Notes: generated by a model not told the origin, from the sequence alone. Numbered from the whole stretch's first letter, positions 38,701-57,300 are shown. The stretch is 63,649 bases of DNA, filler included, from Choristocarpus tenellus KU-1152 (GCA_964200185.2; 11 parts of 11 records of this genome joined end to end with filler, not necessarily neighbours in it); one strand, 5' to 3'. Translations and numbers: made by a program.

Positions 38701-41700
38701 TTTTTTGTTCCATAACATCAAATACCATATCACCGAACCCACTAATTAGTTTAGAGCAAAGTGAGGATCAACATGGTAAATAAAACCATCAGGGTGTCCT
38801 TACTACCATCTACAATGATCTATGTTCTATCGGCATCAAGTCTACACACCATATCTTCAATTTTGAGAGTTCTAAATTCATTTTACTTCACCAGCATCCA
38901 ATTTAACTGGAGGATTCACCAACATCATGTCAGTAATAGACTTGACCTAAAAATATTTTGCATATTAAAAAGTCGTTCGGCTTTTGAAAATTCCAGTTAC
39001 TTCTTCTGACCATTTTTTCTACTACTCCTCATATCCCCCCCTATTCCACTTCTTGTCACCTCCACTTATGCATCCATGTGACATGCATTGCAGACTTTCT
39101 GTGCATTCTCATTCCCTACCCCCCTGTCTATGTATGATTTTGAAGCAGACTTGCCAACCCTCCCACTAAAATTGCCAATGCAAATACTCCAGTACCATGA
39201 ACAACTACCATCACCGAAATGTAGGGGAAACAAGTAATCCACAGTACACTCTAAGCATCCCAACTCTTATTTTTTCTCACCTGCACATCATTGAGAGCAT
39301 CATAGCACCCCTCCAAACTATCCCCAGAGTCATAGTAACGCTCTCCATGCCCCCCAAACCCTGACCCTGATGTTGTGGCCAGCAATGCAAGGGCAAAGGC
39401 AGCCGGAGCAGAGGCCGGGGTCCAGTTGCCCAGTCCCACAGAATCACCATTGGTATCTTCACCCTGCAAGAAATAGGTCCCAGGCAGAATGGGTCCCAGG
39501 GAAGGGAAGGTCATGGTGATGGGAGGCAGGAGGGTGAGGGATCATAGCAACGATAGATGCATAGACAACAATCATAAATGTCTTGGCCAGGTTGAAGGAA
39601 GATACTACCTAGTACCCTTGTGGTCATACCTGTGGCAAATTTTTGTCTCACCCTACACAACCAAAAATATCTAGCTGCTCTCACCTGGGTAGTGGCGGCT
39701 GGAGTAAAAGCAAGGAAACCAGTCTCACTGTCATTGGCCTCAGCCTTGTGTTGAGGAATACCAGTTGCATCCATGGCTGTGCATGTCTTCTTTGTCGCCC
39801 TTGTCTCTCCCCCCCTTCTGCCTCCCTCATTGCCGTCACCCTCACCCTCACCCTCACCCTCCACCTCCATCTCAACTTCCACACAATTACCAGCATCCCC
39901 GTGGTGTTCCCCTATCCCACCTTTGCCCTTGCCCCATCCCAAAATAAATCCCAACTTCCTTTTCTTCGCCCTCTGATTCTCCTCACCAGTAGGTTCCCCG
40001 AATTCAATATCAGGCAACGCTAGATATCGCCGCTCACCCCCATGTTCCTGCATCTCACTTGTTGAAGTCAACCCTTTCAAAACCCCTGCACTACTAACAC
40101 CACCTTGCTTCCCCTTGCTACCCACACCCACAAGCCGAACCTCCTTCCCACTACTATCACTAGAACTCATTCGAGACGGTGCAGGATTGTAGGGAGACTG
40201 CTTTCCACTGCCTGCAGTACCTTCTGGAGCATTTGGAGTAGACTGGGGTGGCGACATGGATGCAACTGATCCAGAAGTGGATGGCAACCTTGACTGTGTG
40301 GGCGAGACAAAATCAGCCACATGCTGATACCTGGAACGGAGAGAGGTTATAGATGAAGGGGAGTGCAGGGGATATCACGTTTGAGGCTGTATGCCAATTG
40401 GTTGAGGGGATGAATATTGTCAACATGAAAAAAGCAGCACTACGATAGTAATAGGCATGCTATTTGGGTCACTTGCTGTTCAAAACTATAGAAAATCGTT
40501 GTTTGTGCTAAGTTTTCATGTTTAATACAACAGTAAGTCTATTTCCTTCAATCCCTCTCCCCCTAAACACTGAACGTAACCAACTTCAAGAGGTGTATCT
40601 TGCCAACTTCATAAGCCAGCTTCCTGGATTAAGGTCCCAATCCAGACATACCGTTTCATCAAGTGTACATTATAGTACTAGCTCTCTACCCTGTGTACAT
40701 CATACAGTTGTGGAGGTAAACGGGACAGCACATCACGTTGAAAAGCGCATTGCCCTCAAAACTGAAGAGTGAAGTTCACTCAAAAGCCACAACCTCACAT
40801 CAGAACTACCAATACTTAGATGCCATTCACTCTCAGCCTCCACAATTGACCCATTCCCGTAGGCACTGCAGTGGAGTGTCAATATAAGCCTTGGACCAGG
40901 GCTACTCCATGGAACATCTAAAAAGGACATGGATACAGCAAGGCTATACACCCACAAGAGCAGTCCAGGAAGACAGTAAAACCAACGGGGCTAAATAAGA
41001 GTGCGGACTTAACTATGGATGAACCATGTCACACATAAGGGGGGCAATGTAAGGTGGTGCTAGGAGGGGGAGGGAGGTAAGAGAGAAGAAGGGGAGCAAC
41101 TCACTGCACGTCTGAGCAAGATCGAGGTCCTGACTCAGGAGAACAACCAGGCCATTCATTACCTCCCCTCCCTCCTCCCGTTCACGCTGCTCCCCCCCTC
41201 CCCCTCCTATTCTGAATAGACAGTTCCACCCGCTCCTACGTGGACTCCATCCAGTGTTTGTGGGGAAAAGAGTGCACTGCACTCACCTGCACTGCTCATC
41301 GTTGCACACACCATTGAGCTCAAAGGGACACATAATGGCGTAAGGGTCCAAAGTCCTTTCTTGTCTCTCCCCCCACGCAGAAGTTGAAAAATGTTCAGAG
41401 CCTTTTCCCCCTGCATCAGCACTTGCTCCTCCAGCATCCCCCTCCTCTCCTCCCATTACTCCCTCGCACGTCTCTACCTCAGCCTCTACGGATGCCCTTC
41501 CTCCTCCTCTATTGATTCCCTCTCCCCCTCCTCTCACCCGGACGGATCTCTTGGCCTTTGGAGGGCGTAATACCTCAGCCAGTGAGATCAATGTTTTAGG
41601 TCTTGGTCTTTGGTATTGACTGTTTTCGGCTTTGTCCAAAGCCTCTCCTAGGCTAAGGAGCTGTTGCTGCGAGGGGAGAGAGGGTAGAAGGTGGGGGACG

Positions 41701-43549
41701 GATGGACAGTTTGCTGAGAAACAAACACTGTGCTATCGTCCAAAGGTTGAACAGACTGGAGCAAACTGCAAACTATCACAAGATCTTCATCATGTGTCTC
41801 TTGCCTCTCCTTCTATTCATGCACTGACCCCTCCCTCGCCAGTGAACGTAGGCATCACTTTGAAAGAGCATTGGAACACCCCCTCACCAGAAATCTGACC
41901 AAAATCTTGGGAGAGGAAGCAGCAAATGGAGGTACTGACCCCTGTATCTGTAAGGTATTATAACCCCTTGCAATGAGAATAAGTGCCATGAATATGAATA
42001 TTATGTGCTTCCGCAAGGCACAACAACAACAAAAAAGTGATCCTTCCAACCCCCCCCCCACTAAAAAAAGTTTCGATCACAACTAACAGTTCAATAATGA
42101 ATTGAGCAACACAACAGGTATAAGAAATCTTCACACAACACTGAGGTATGTTTAAAACTGTAGTGTTCAGAACTGCGATGAACTATAGTCCAATGAGAAA
42201 ATTGAAATACAGGTGGACACCACATCCGCATGAGAGCCCGACTAGTTATGAAAAGCACTTGTTGACTCCATCTGACTTGAATTTGGGTGGAGTTGGACAC
42301 CATGAACACCACGGCGAAGTCTGTAGTAAAAAAAAAAAATGTCACCTCAGGTTACAGCTCCTAAAGTGGATAGAACCTTTTGTTGCGCTGAGTTCAGGAT
42401 ACTGCTGTACCTTATCACATGAATCGAAATCCTGATACCAATTCTTAGAGCTTAACTACCAAAGTTCGAGGGTCGTCTATTATTCCTCTTCAGGAAAAAT
42501 CTCGTCTCTAGCATTTATAAAATTGGAGTTGCTCTGACCTGTCATGGTGCAATGTGTGAAAATTAGGAAAGTCCGTTTTATTCTTTTTTGTCAACCATCA
42601 AAGTGTGATCTTCACATGTGTAGAAGTGTGGTTTTTTCCCCTAACCCTAAGTATTGAGACGAATCGGTCATCAAATTTTCATCCAGGAAATCGAAAAATT
42701 GTAGTTGGTACTATTGTTGATGACACTCCTCCTTTTAGTAGGAACCCTTGTTGAGTACTAATTTCACACATGAATACTTAGGTGGGTAGCATAGACAATT
42801 TCTATCGGGTTAGGGTTAGGGTTAGGGTCAGAGTACACAATACTTTTCAACTCACATAGCAGAGGACACCGGTCCATAAAAATGGCAAACCAATCTACAT
42901 GATACCAAGAAAGGGGAAGGCCAGAAGGTATAGGGGGTCAACAGGAACGCATAATTATCTCAGAGCCCAACAGACAATTCCCCTTCCTCAATCAAATATT
43001 GTGACCTGACTGTCCGGACAGAATCGCACTGAAACAAATCGGACTGATTTCAATACTTGTGTTCCACCTGCATGTGCTCTTATCTTCTGAGCCCCATCTA
43101 GTTTTGCACCAAATCCACTTGAACCCTCCTCAAGTCTATTCCCAAACACAAGATATTGCCAGCCATGGACCCAAACAAGCCTCTCCCTACCCATCCCATC
43201 ACGTGACTGATATACCCATTCCAGCAACCTCCATGTAAACCCTGGCATAGCTCAGATAACCCAGCCCAGCATGACTCACTTGAACCGAACAAACTGAAAT
43301 ATCTACACTACGTCATCACACACCCACCTGCTTCACCTTTGGCCCCCCTCCCTCCTCAGCACCCTCACCCCTCTTCCACGGGCAAGACGACATGAGGGTG
43401 ATGTACTCTCTTATAGTTTCTGCGTCACGCGTGAGAACCCCATCTCGTCCACAATTCAGAGCCATCGCCAGAAGCAAACTCGACCCTTCCATCAGCCCTG
43501 CATCAACCATGCTTGCATCCTCCCCTCCCCCCCCCCTTTTTACCGAGCA
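32723..43549 (-). CDS. ZFC3H1: ZFC3H1/Red1-like protein (C3H1 zinc finger, HAT/TPR repeats) with C-terminal LRR domain; multi-exon, 5' end missing
   Basis: Splicing 41287 to 40330 gives LDPYAIMCPFELNGVCNDEQCRYQH. Then ERYY, LEAHLEETPSDVEVWLLLA, LVRGLE...LWLLYLRLY, ALEKLPTSRPVWRLY. In-phase GT-AG junctions checked at 37449/37029, 36462/36126, 34471/34344 and 34265/33998. The last exon carries HAT then LRRs. Exons upstream of ~41660 are less certain. Confidence 0.82.
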
Positions 43550-44067
43550 NNNNNNNNNNNNNNNNNNNNNNNNNNNNNNNNNNNNNNNNNNNNTTAATTA
43601 ATTAANNNNNNNNNNNNNNNNNNNNNNNNNNNNNNNNNNNNNNNNNNNNCCCCCCACCTCCCTCTCTTTTTTTTTGCCTCCATCCTCCGGCTGACTGCAG
43701 TGTTGACTTTCCTCTTACCTCCACTGAGTGTTGTCTATTCTTATTTTAATGACGATGATTGTGGACACACCACGAAAAGAACGATATCCATCTTAAGTCC
43801 CCCCTTTTTTTTTACTTTAGAGAGTTTTTTTTTCTTACTGTATTGGTTACACCTCTCTCTTTTCATTTAATTTTTCTTTTCACCTCAGCGCCATACCTTT
43901 TCTAACCCCGTGTCCGAGATGCCTCCCAACTTACGGGTGATGATGATCCTCACTATATTATCAATACGTGAGAACGAATGATAACGCCTTCCACTTCCCT
44001 CCTTCTTTGTGTCCTGTTGACCCTTAATGGACCCCGGTCGCGGCGCCTACCCTACCTGTGTGTGTAG

Positions 44068-47241
<3,174 letters not shown>

Positions 47242-48112
47242 GTAAGCAGGTTCTGCCTGTGTGACTGTGTGCCTGTTGGGTGGNNNNNNNNNNNNNNNNN
47301 NNNNNNNNNNNNNNNNNNNNNNNNNNNTTAATTAATTAANNNNNNNNNNNNNNNNNNNNNNNNNNNNNNNNNNNNNNNNNNNNGGATAAGGAAAGGGCAC
47401 TTTTCCTGGTTTTGTCCAAATGGACACTCTGGTGTAGACACCTCCCCCCCCCCCCAGATACTTTGGGTCACTGGTGTATCTAACCCTAAAACTCAAACAA
47501 GCAAGCCAATACAAGCTTCTGAGTCTGCAAGGAGTAGGGGGTGCAGGGAACACGGAAAGTGGGAAGAGCTGTAAGATCCAGACAGCTGATGTTTTAGACT
47601 TGATGCTTTGCCTTTGAAAACAAAACAACACACCTGACCATATTTCTTAGAAGTGTGACGTGCCAGTGAATGACATACCCTCTAGTTGAAGGTTTGGTGG
47701 TTTGTCTAACACACAAGACTTCAGCTTCTGGGGTCCAGTGCTGTAATTTGCAGCAGTAAAGGATGCAGTATCTTTGGCTACATTACAAGAAGTTTCAGGG
47801 ATTACCAGTTTTTTTGGGTGGGGTCACTTTCCCTTCATAACAAGGCATACACCATTGCTAGCTACTTCTGGCAAAGGCACTTTTTTTGAAGGTTTTGTCT
47901 TTTTTTTTCTTGGGTGGGAGAAGGTAAAAAAAAACACCTTGGGGGAGCAGTCCTTGAGGTGGACTAGATATCTTTATCAAACAATGTGAGAGACACCAAT
48001 TGCTTGACAATATCAAAGGCGGGGAACCTGTCCAGCACAATTCGACTGTCTACCCTGGCGGAACAATGCTAGCTTGGTGCTTGACAATTTCTTTGTTAGC
48101 TACTCGTGCATG

Positions 48113-48375
48113 GAGTCAAAGTATCTTAGAGGGTAGAGCTGCGTCCATTTAGGGGCCAAAATCCAATGTTCCAATTTGATGTAATTTTGGCTGTCATGTT
48201 TGTTAGGAAGTGTCAATATCCTTCATCTGGACACACCTTTTAATAACATACACATTTTACCTACTCCGAAACATTTCGAAGAACGAGAATATCATTAAAA
48301 ACACGTGGGAATCCAAGCCCCAAACGGACAAACAAGGCAAAACTCGTACCCTCTCTTAATAAGATACTTTCACTC
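48113..48375 (+). mobile_element. MITE family 1, complete, TSD ATG
   Basis: Both TIRs (5-nt insertion in the right TIR); ATG on both sides. Confidence 0.93.
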
Positions 48376-48649
48376 ATGCGAGATAGGGTAGTAATGCATA
48401 ATTCCCTACTGAAGCAAAATGGCTTCAGTCCCCACCCTCCATCCCAGAAAATTTCGCTCATACTCCATTTCCACCACGGCATCCACATCCACTTACACTG
48501 CAATATTTTAATTTTTTGTGCTATCTCAGGAGGTGCTTGCCTTTGTACCTACCTCTCTCCTCCATTAAACCCCCATGCCGTCTCTCTTGGCATGTCTTGC
48601 CCACCCCTTCCCACCTCCCATGGCCAATATCTATCTCACCACTCACCAG

Positions 48650-50733
48650 GCAATTATTAAGGATACTCAAGACACAGAAAAGGATGACACAGAGCTCGAT
48701 CTTCTTGGGGGAGAGGGAATAGAGAACGAGGGCCTGGGGGAAGAGGAACAGGAAATGGTGCGAGGGATCTCTGCTATCATACCCTTACAGAAAAAAATTA
48801 CCCCCCCTCCCCTCTTGCCAAACTGCTCCACAAATATCACAATTGTGTCCAATGTTGACTGTCTGACTGGAGCTAATGTGTCATATGAGATGCTGCAGTT
48901 TTAATAGTGATGTAGATGGACATGAAACTAGCTTGGTGTGTGCATAAGCTGTTGTGTTTTTTTGGACGAGTGTGTAAGACACCTAGTGTGTAAACAGCTT
49001 GGAGATGCTGCTATGTGCTGTCCAGCTACAGTGCTTATTTTAGGCACAGAATTGACTGACAGGCCCGAGTTTCAGATCAACTATTGTGTGGGAGGTACTT
49101 GAAGTGGTTGATCTAGACTTCTACACACTATTTCACCCAATCTATTTTACTCAACCTCAAAAAATATGTGCAAACCACTGCATAAAAAAACAAAACCTAT
49201 CCCAAACGGAACTTGAGGTGTTTCCAGGAAAACATCCTTGATCTGCCTCCATCTTGGGTAACCAGTCTGCACATAGACAGGGACCAGTACTCCTTGCGAT
49301 ACCCCCCTCATGGGCACCGGACAATATTCTACAAGCGAGCCAGGGTTGAGCTCATGGCTGAGAACATACATAGCCAAGGCATTACAATGCGACTCACTCT
49401 CTACAAGGTGGGTTTCACACTGGGGTGAGGGAGTCTGTCTTCAAGATTACTAACAGCTCATATGCCTCGTCCCAACCCCTTTACCACCTTTTGGCATTAC
49501 CCTTTACTATCCACCACTCTTTTCATAATAATAACAGAAAGTAAAGCAGAAAGTCTTTCCCACAGCTGAGATGATGCTTCCTGAATCCATCAGCCTCCCA
49601 AGCTATTACTCCTTACCTCCCTGAAATATGCGAACACCCACCCATGCTCCCTTTTTTCAAGGGAATGGCTCAACTGTCTCATATCCCCAACTGGGTCATG
49701 GGGAAACACAAACTCACTCACACATCCATGCATTTACAAAGGGCTTCCCATTGTGTGCGAATATACATCAATTTTCGCAATCACCAAAATAGTGACAATG
49801 TTGTTGTCCCCCATGTTGTCCCCCATATCTCAACTGACATGATACACAGGACCGGCGCTGCGCCATTGTGAAGGAGGTACGGGAATACTTCACCAACCGC
49901 ACGGTAGGGACAAAACCGACGTTTCCCTTCTTGTGCATACCTTGCTTGACTTGTAACACTTTATCTTATGAAACCTAGTGAGGGGCAAGGCGTCCATTCA
50001 GGGCCGTTGTTGGACCTTGTATTGATTTCATGTCATACGAGTGAACGTGTCAGGTGTAAACGCAAGTTACTTCATCTGGATGCACCTTCCTTTTCCATAC
50101 CCTCGTCTGAATCAAATCCAAAGGGAAATCACCCGAAAAATGGGCATCAAGCTGGGGTGTTTTACAACAACACATCAAGCTCCGAATGGATGACCTGGTC
50201 TAAGCCCACCTCACCCCCTAGGATACCCTGAGCCGTTGCACCTCATATCCATGACCTCCCCAACAGAAACGGGAGCCCAACTGTAGTTTAGGCTTCTTAC
50301 AATCAGGTGTTAGCGGGGGAGGACTTGCTTGAGTACACTATTTGTCACTGTTAGAAGGATTGAGACATCTGGGAGGTTTGGGGCAATGCACCACAACACT
50401 GTTTTTTTTCCTTATCTAGCAACTCTGAGTGCTACAAAACACTTTGCATGAATATATTAACTATTACTCGAGTGAGATGTCATTTGTCAGTCGTGACTAG
50501 GACGACCCACCACCAGCAGGTCAATGCCACACACACACCATGATTACCACACTGTCATCTACCCCACTACTTGAGCACAGGTGTCCATTCCCTTGCCCAT
50601 TTCCCCTTCCACTACTAAGATACCCATTCTATTCCACCCTTCTCCCTCCCACTCCTCCCTCTTGCCCACCCTGGTGTTGGCTATTGTGTAGGACCTGCTC
50701 TACTGCCGCGTCATGTCACCGCTGGTGGGCAAG
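48650..50733 (+). CDS. DRC7: Dynein regulatory complex subunit 7 (CCDC135/FAP50)-like, internal exons 48650-48757, 49228-49407, 49850-49903, 50692-50733
   Basis: Phase-0 GT-AG exons give ENILDLPPSWVTSLHIDRDQYSLRYPPHG...YKRARVELMA...GITMRLTLYK-DRRCAIVKEVREYFTNRT-DLLYCR, matching my recollection of the DRC7 DxPPSWV...RYP...RLTxY region. Confidence 0.8.
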
Positions 50734-51496
50734 GTGAGCTTGAATCTCCCCCAAAAAGAGTGATTCGCCCATGTATCAGGCCTGCCCTTACGCGAACTTT
50801 CCCGAAAGCCTTCTGATTGCCTATCTCACATTCAAAAGAGAGCACACACTGCTACTTGGAAAAAGGACTGCTGGCTTTCAATGACCTTAACAAAGTGGAC
50901 TAAATAGTCCTTGTCTGGCAAAATGTATCCAAATGCATGTACGAGCATGGCGTGATGAACCCATTCCTTCATCTAAAAGTCCAGAACACATGGGTATGGG
51001 GCCTTTAGCGACCACTCCCAACCCTTGCCTTAATGCTTCGGTTTTAGGTTCTGATCAGGAGTCTGAGGTATCGGGCAGTTTTGTTCTTTTTCTAGCGTTC
51101 ACCCTCTCAGATGATTACCCAACTTTGAGTTCTAAGTTTCGATCCTGGTGTCATTCGCCTACTCAGAGGTCCACAACCTTGAGACATATGGAGTAAGTGT
51201 ACTGTCCTTTCCTTGCAAGCCAAGAAAGTCCACCCTGTCCCTGTTTTGGTCCATTTTTTGTGCTACTGGTCCTACAGCATGGGCATTATTTTGAGGCATA
51301 TCAAAGCGCCTTTGAACACTCTCCACCTGAAAACAAGGATATTATGTTGCAGGAACATGCATGCATATACATACATACGTGCATACATACATACATNNNN
51401 NNNNNNNNNNNNNNNNNNNNNNNNNNNNNNNNNNNNNNNNTTAATTAATTAANNNNNNNNNNNNNNNNNNNNNNNNNNNNNNNNNNNNNNNNNNNN

Positions 51497-54391
51497 GCTC
51501 CTTGTAGGCATCTATGATTGCCCTCTGCCTCCGGTAGTCCCTAGCAAGGTCCACCATAGCCTTGTGGGCTACCTGCAGCATGTGCTGCAACATGACAAGC
51601 GGCCATAGAAAAGGAAATGTGGATGGAAGGATGGGTAAACAGGTGGAACAAGTGGTACATATATGAATAGCATGAAGTACAGGGTGTGACTTCATGAGCT
51701 TGTTTGGTGCAGGGGACTTCATATGGTGACAGCTAAGGATACGATGGATTGCACAGACTGCAATGGCAGAATCTTGATGATACTGTGCTTGTGCGGTTTC
51801 AGAACTCAAGACTGGAGCTTGCTTGTAACGCTGGGAGAGTGTGTGGTGCACTGCCTTCTTGACACAGCTGGATGTTGATGGTTTATTAGATGGATGGATG
51901 GTACATTTTAGGCTTCCTTTTACAGATGATGCTTCTTAAGGTGGAGACAAGCTGTGGGTGGCAAAACAACCTTCCATAATATTGCAATGATTGCAGTGTA
52001 GTCCCCTTTCTCTCTGCTGCAGTACTTCATCAGTACTTTGTGAAACATCACATAGTTCCTTCGAAAAAAAATAATGAGATACACCCTCAAACAATTCCAC
52101 AAGTTCTCCGTAAGAACGTATTGAAGCTTTTGAGCCCTCAACAAATCTATTTTTATCCTCCTACAGAGGACCTTATTCTCCTCCAGCATACACTCTAAAT
52201 GAGAACAATTGCAGTCCTTAGAACAATGGTGCCATCATAGTTGTCCTCTCACTAACGGTGTCAACAAAAGCATACAAAATTTGACTGGAGAATATTTTGG
52301 CAAGACAATGAAAGATTGACGTATCCAAATTATGTCCAAAAAAATTGACAAGGGTGACTGATCATTTTCATTATCAATCAATTCCGTGTCACAGTGAAAC
52401 GACTACAAGATCTTCCACACATTTACAGAATTTGAACCCGAGGCAACTAAAATCCCTCTCAACACCAATAAGCCACCCCTTAAGACACATCCAACTAATA
52501 TACACCAGTACAACGACAAATACTCTTCTCCCTCCCCAAACCATACAGACCTTCGCCTCTGCCAGCTCCCTTTCCATCCTGGCACGGTAGACTTTGTGAG
52601 TTTCTGGATTTCGTATGTACTTCTTTTTTGGTTTCTTAGTTGCTTGCACTTGTGCCTTCCCCTGTCCTGCTCCTGCTTCTGGCCCCGCCCCTACCCCCTC
52701 CCCCGCCCCGGCCCCAGAGTCAGCCGTCGCACCCGTCCCGGCTGGTGACAATTGCTTCTGTGAGTCTGAGGATGAAACCTGTTTGTGGACAGGGTATAAT
52801 ACACACGGAACAGCAGTAGAAGAACTTGCATGATGGAACTCTCATCCACAACAGCTTGGTATCTACTGAGCAACCTGATATGAGGCTATCTGTGATTGCT
52901 ATTCAATACAAAAAGAGAGCTTTGAATAAGCAACAGGTATGATGTGCAGCAATAAAAAAGAAGCTAAGCTTCAAAGTGCTCTACTTATAGTTGGTTGGTC
53001 CCTTTCCCTAGTGTTAACAAACAACTCATAAACCACTGTGAGGCAGGACAAAACCACTTGCTTTCTGGTCCTACCTACGCCCCCTCCCTATCCCCCTCAC
53101 CCTGTCTTTCTTGCCCTCTCATAACCTAACCATCTGTATTTCCCCCATTCACTGATATAAACTTTCCTTCTACTTTATCAGTCTCTAAAAATAAAAAACA
53201 TATTTCTCTCGTAGGATTGGTGCAACTACACCACAGTGCACAGCCATGATATGTATTCACATTTCATTTCACACACACATATTTATATAATCTTCAAATA
53301 ATATCTCAAGTAAAAAGCACATTCTTGCACAAGTTTCCCATCATCATCCTTTGCCATTTTTGCAACATATCTTTCCACCCTTGAAGCAATACTCTTTCCC
53401 CTCCAGGGTGTCATAAGTAGCCCTTTCTCTGCCCCTTGAACTCTTTTGACTCTTTTCTATACGTGCATTGAAAATGGGAACCCAGGGGAACTTGTCTCGC
53501 CAATGTCAAATCCATAATCCTAAACACATTATCCCTGTTAGCATCCTGTCCCCCATCCCCTCCAGGTTCCAATCTCTCTACCTCCTCACTCAAAGCACAT
53601 GCTACATTTTTCTGATCATCATTATTAAAGTACTACAAAGAATCCCTCTTGCTTTACCTGCTCTAACCCTAACCCTAACCCTACTACTCACAATTATTAT
53701 GTAACACTTCCTAATTGACTCATTAACCAGCCCTTGTTTACACTTATTGCATTTTATTCTGTTATTCTCCACCATGAGCAAAACAAAAAAAATCTTTACA
53801 TAACAAAATACCCTCACAATACTCTATAACCCCACCATCCCCCTGACACCAAATCACTATTGCTACTTCTGTAGTTCTATTACCGTCCCTCCCCTCCCCC
53901 CAAAAGCAAAATAACAGCCAATTCCAAACACTCACTCGTGCTGCCTGGTCCTTTTCCGGCATGCATCTATTCCCAACCCTGGACCCAGCCCTAATCCCGA
54001 CAGAGACGCTTGCAGCTGCAGTCGGATTGCTCCATCTCCGTGCAGCTGTGGGTGAGGGCCCTCCTAGTGCCCACCCCACCCTTCCTCTCATGTCATCACT
54101 GTTATATCTAGTCGCCTCAATCTCCTCCCCAACAATAATTTCTTCCTCTTCCTCCTCAGCTGCTGGCACTGGTGCCACCCTTCCAATATCCTCACATCCC
54201 ATCCCATTCCCCAACATAACAGTGCTGGAACCATTGCTAGCATGAGGAACTGTACACATCTTGCCTGACCTTGCCTGAATGTTTATATCACCGCTGACCT
54301 TCTCACTAGCACCCCTCTGGCCAGCTGGTACCGATGTAGTTACCTTCGGCTGACGCTGGGAAGTTGAGGCGCCCCGGCGCTGTCGCTTCAT
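51497..54391 (-). CDS. Unidentified multi-exon protein, partial
   Basis: ORF 54391-53936 ends at gtgagt; exon ~52778-52551 (KKPKKKYIRNPETHKVYRARMERELAEAK) splices in phase to 51572 (VAHKAMVDLARDYRRQRAIIDAYKE); the middle exons are unresolved. Confidence 0.5.
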
Positions 54392-57300
54392 GACTTTCCT
54401 TGTTTCTTTACTTCTGAATTAGAGGCAGGTGTGTATGGGATGGGAATAGAACACTTTTCATAAATTGTTCCAGGCTGAGGATTTCTGCCTTGTGAATGCA
54501 CGAGATACCACTGTAAAGCACATTAGCATATCTGGATCTATTTATCTAAACTCATCTTGTCTGAAATAGATGACGTGAGAGACAAAAGTTCAAAATGAAT
54601 GACCATATTTCTCTATTGCCTGCGAGTAGATCATACCTGCCTGCCGTATATACCAAATATTATAGTGCAGTACTGTACGAAGTACTCGAGTAGGTTCTAG
54701 AACAGGACAAGATCATGCTTTACCTGAGATGTCTTTCTTAATGTTGAGAGAGAAACAGTGGAAGACAGAAACATATATTCTTTTGTATTGCACCTAAATA
54801 TAGGCAATACAAAATTTAATGGTAATAGAGATGGTTCCTGGGTTGCACTTCTAGTGTCACTATAATCGTGGTGCTGAGCTCCCCTCTCCACTGGATGTTT
54901 GGTTGAAGAGTGGAAGGGGGTACCCGTTCTCTACTATTGAGGATAAACGGCAAGATAGGCACACCTTACTCTCTTCAACAATAGGTGGACAGGGAAGATT
55001 TTCTAAAAATACTACGACTGTACGGCTCCGCCGAAGAAACAACGACTCTACATGCAACTAGGGTTGCAATGTGTGCGGGATGTGCAAGTGTCAGCCTCCA
55101 ACGCAACGTGCCCTAAGTGGCAAGCCAGCTAATCCTCATAACATCAATCTCCCAGGGACGCTCAATAAGGAGACAAAAAGACAACGCCAGAAGGTAATCT
55201 TCTCCTGCGACACCATCTTCCTCGCTGCTACGAAGAAGTACTTCTCAGTGGAAATCGGGGAATGATGAGGGGCACATGCTAACGACTGCGCGGCATATCA
55301 ATCAAAATGACAGAATTTTGATGGAAGATAAGCATTCTACGGTAGGCTTTCGATCTGCCTATAACTAGTAAGTGATACCTAACGGAAGGCCTTGCCGCAT
55401 TACACTTCTAGTGTAGCATCTTGGATATGATAAGATGGTTGTGTCCAGAGATAGACAACGGATCCTCTCACGCACCAACGGAATGACTTTTTGGCAATGG
55501 TGATTCGAAGACAGATTCGAAGGTAGCCTACTAGACTCAAGATTCTTACCATCGCCACACAACCCAGGACCCTTCGATGCCCACGAACCTGAACCTTGTA
55601 GCATTTGGGGAAGGGGTGGTCCTCTTGGATAGATATTACAGGATATTGGGAAAATGCATCAGCATTTGAGACAAGATCGATCTTCCTACACGTGGGTATT
55701 CACTCTTTCTGAAATCGAAGGAAAATATACAGGACGCTTCCCAAATCATGTTTGTAACCATGACTAGTGGCACAAAAAAAATCTGTTCAAGTGAGAAATC
55801 TCGTGGGAGATATTGCTGAGTGCCCGCATGATGATCGGTTCACATTGCCAAGGACATCGTACCTTGCTCTACGTACTCCTTTTCACCGTGGTGGTTGCTT
55901 GCGCTCCCCCTCTCCGCTTCTATATCATCCTTTCTTTGCCAGCCATTATCTTCATTTCTGGTAGTCCATGTGTATCTGGTGTTTTGGAACCGACCTGCGA
56001 GCTGAGGCGCGATGAAGTTCCTATTTTCATTTTTCTTCAAAAGATAATGACTCATATACACGTCATCATTGAACCACAAGACCTCTACAACCTTCCAGGA
56101 AATTGAAGACGTTGTATATATAGCGATCATACTACATAATTTTTTTACGTAGATGTACTATATATAATTTTGATATATATATTCAGGTCCTTCCATCAGG
56201 TCCTTTCCCATTTACATAAAATAACTTGTAAATACCAACATTTGTTTTTGATATTGATGGGTGATTTTGTAGTAGGGTTAAGGATGGATTTCGGTCATAT
56301 GGACGAGAAAGCTTTGAGTTCTGACACAAATACACTACGTTCCAAGTAAAATCTATGTCACAAAACATTTTCAACATCAACTTTTCTTAGGAGATGGCGA
56401 CACAAGGACAGGTCACAGCATTTTGATCTGCAAGAAGGTAAGGCAGTTAGGTTGGTGGCTTACGTCCAACCTGCTGTCAGCGAGAGGTTGTTTTTACGGG
56501 TGAACTGGTTCAGCCGGTCTAGAGGGGGTCTGTGAGTGTTGTCTTCTTCGTTGTTGTTTGAGATGTGTCCAGTGCACCTGTCGCTCATAATGCTGAAATT
56601 GACTGCTTTATTGATGCCCTGAAAAGCTACTGCTAAAGTTATTGCTGGTGCTGTACATGTACGATGTGCAGTGGCCGACGATTCTCTCTTTTTGAATGTC
56701 TTTGACATTGGCGGTAGGTCGTTTAGTTATTTCTTAAGAAGATAGGACACTGTCAAAGGTTTGAGTCGTAGAGGGACTCCGTTTGTAGAATCTTTCGTTG
56801 CTAGGTATTCGTAGCCATTTCTCTCTGCTTTAGTGACCATGCATTTCTTGACACTACCCCCATGACCTACGGTTTTGACTCCCATCAACTAGGTTACTAC
56901 AGCAACAAGTGTGTAGGTACAGCGAGTGGTCATAGCGAGGCACATCGTGTCCACAATGTATCTTCGCATACCGCCATTTGCAGGGCCAAGTGGCTTGATC
57001 GACGCGAGTGGAGGTGAAGGGCTGTTGAGCCGGGCAAGGTCCGACGGTTCAAATGACCAAACTAATGGATTAGGGCGAAGTGATGAAGTAGAGGTTGGTC
57101 AAGGGATACCCACTGCTCGATCACAGGCCGTGCCTATTTATGCACAGAGTCGAGGTAAGACCTGATATTCAATGGTAGGGGGTCGATATTGAGCCGAACG
57201 AATCAATTCTACTTTTTTTTGTGGAGAAGTCGACTGTGTTATGTTCAGCGACGTTTGGACTGGGTGGGAGGACGGGGGCGTAGGATGGGTAGGAGCAATT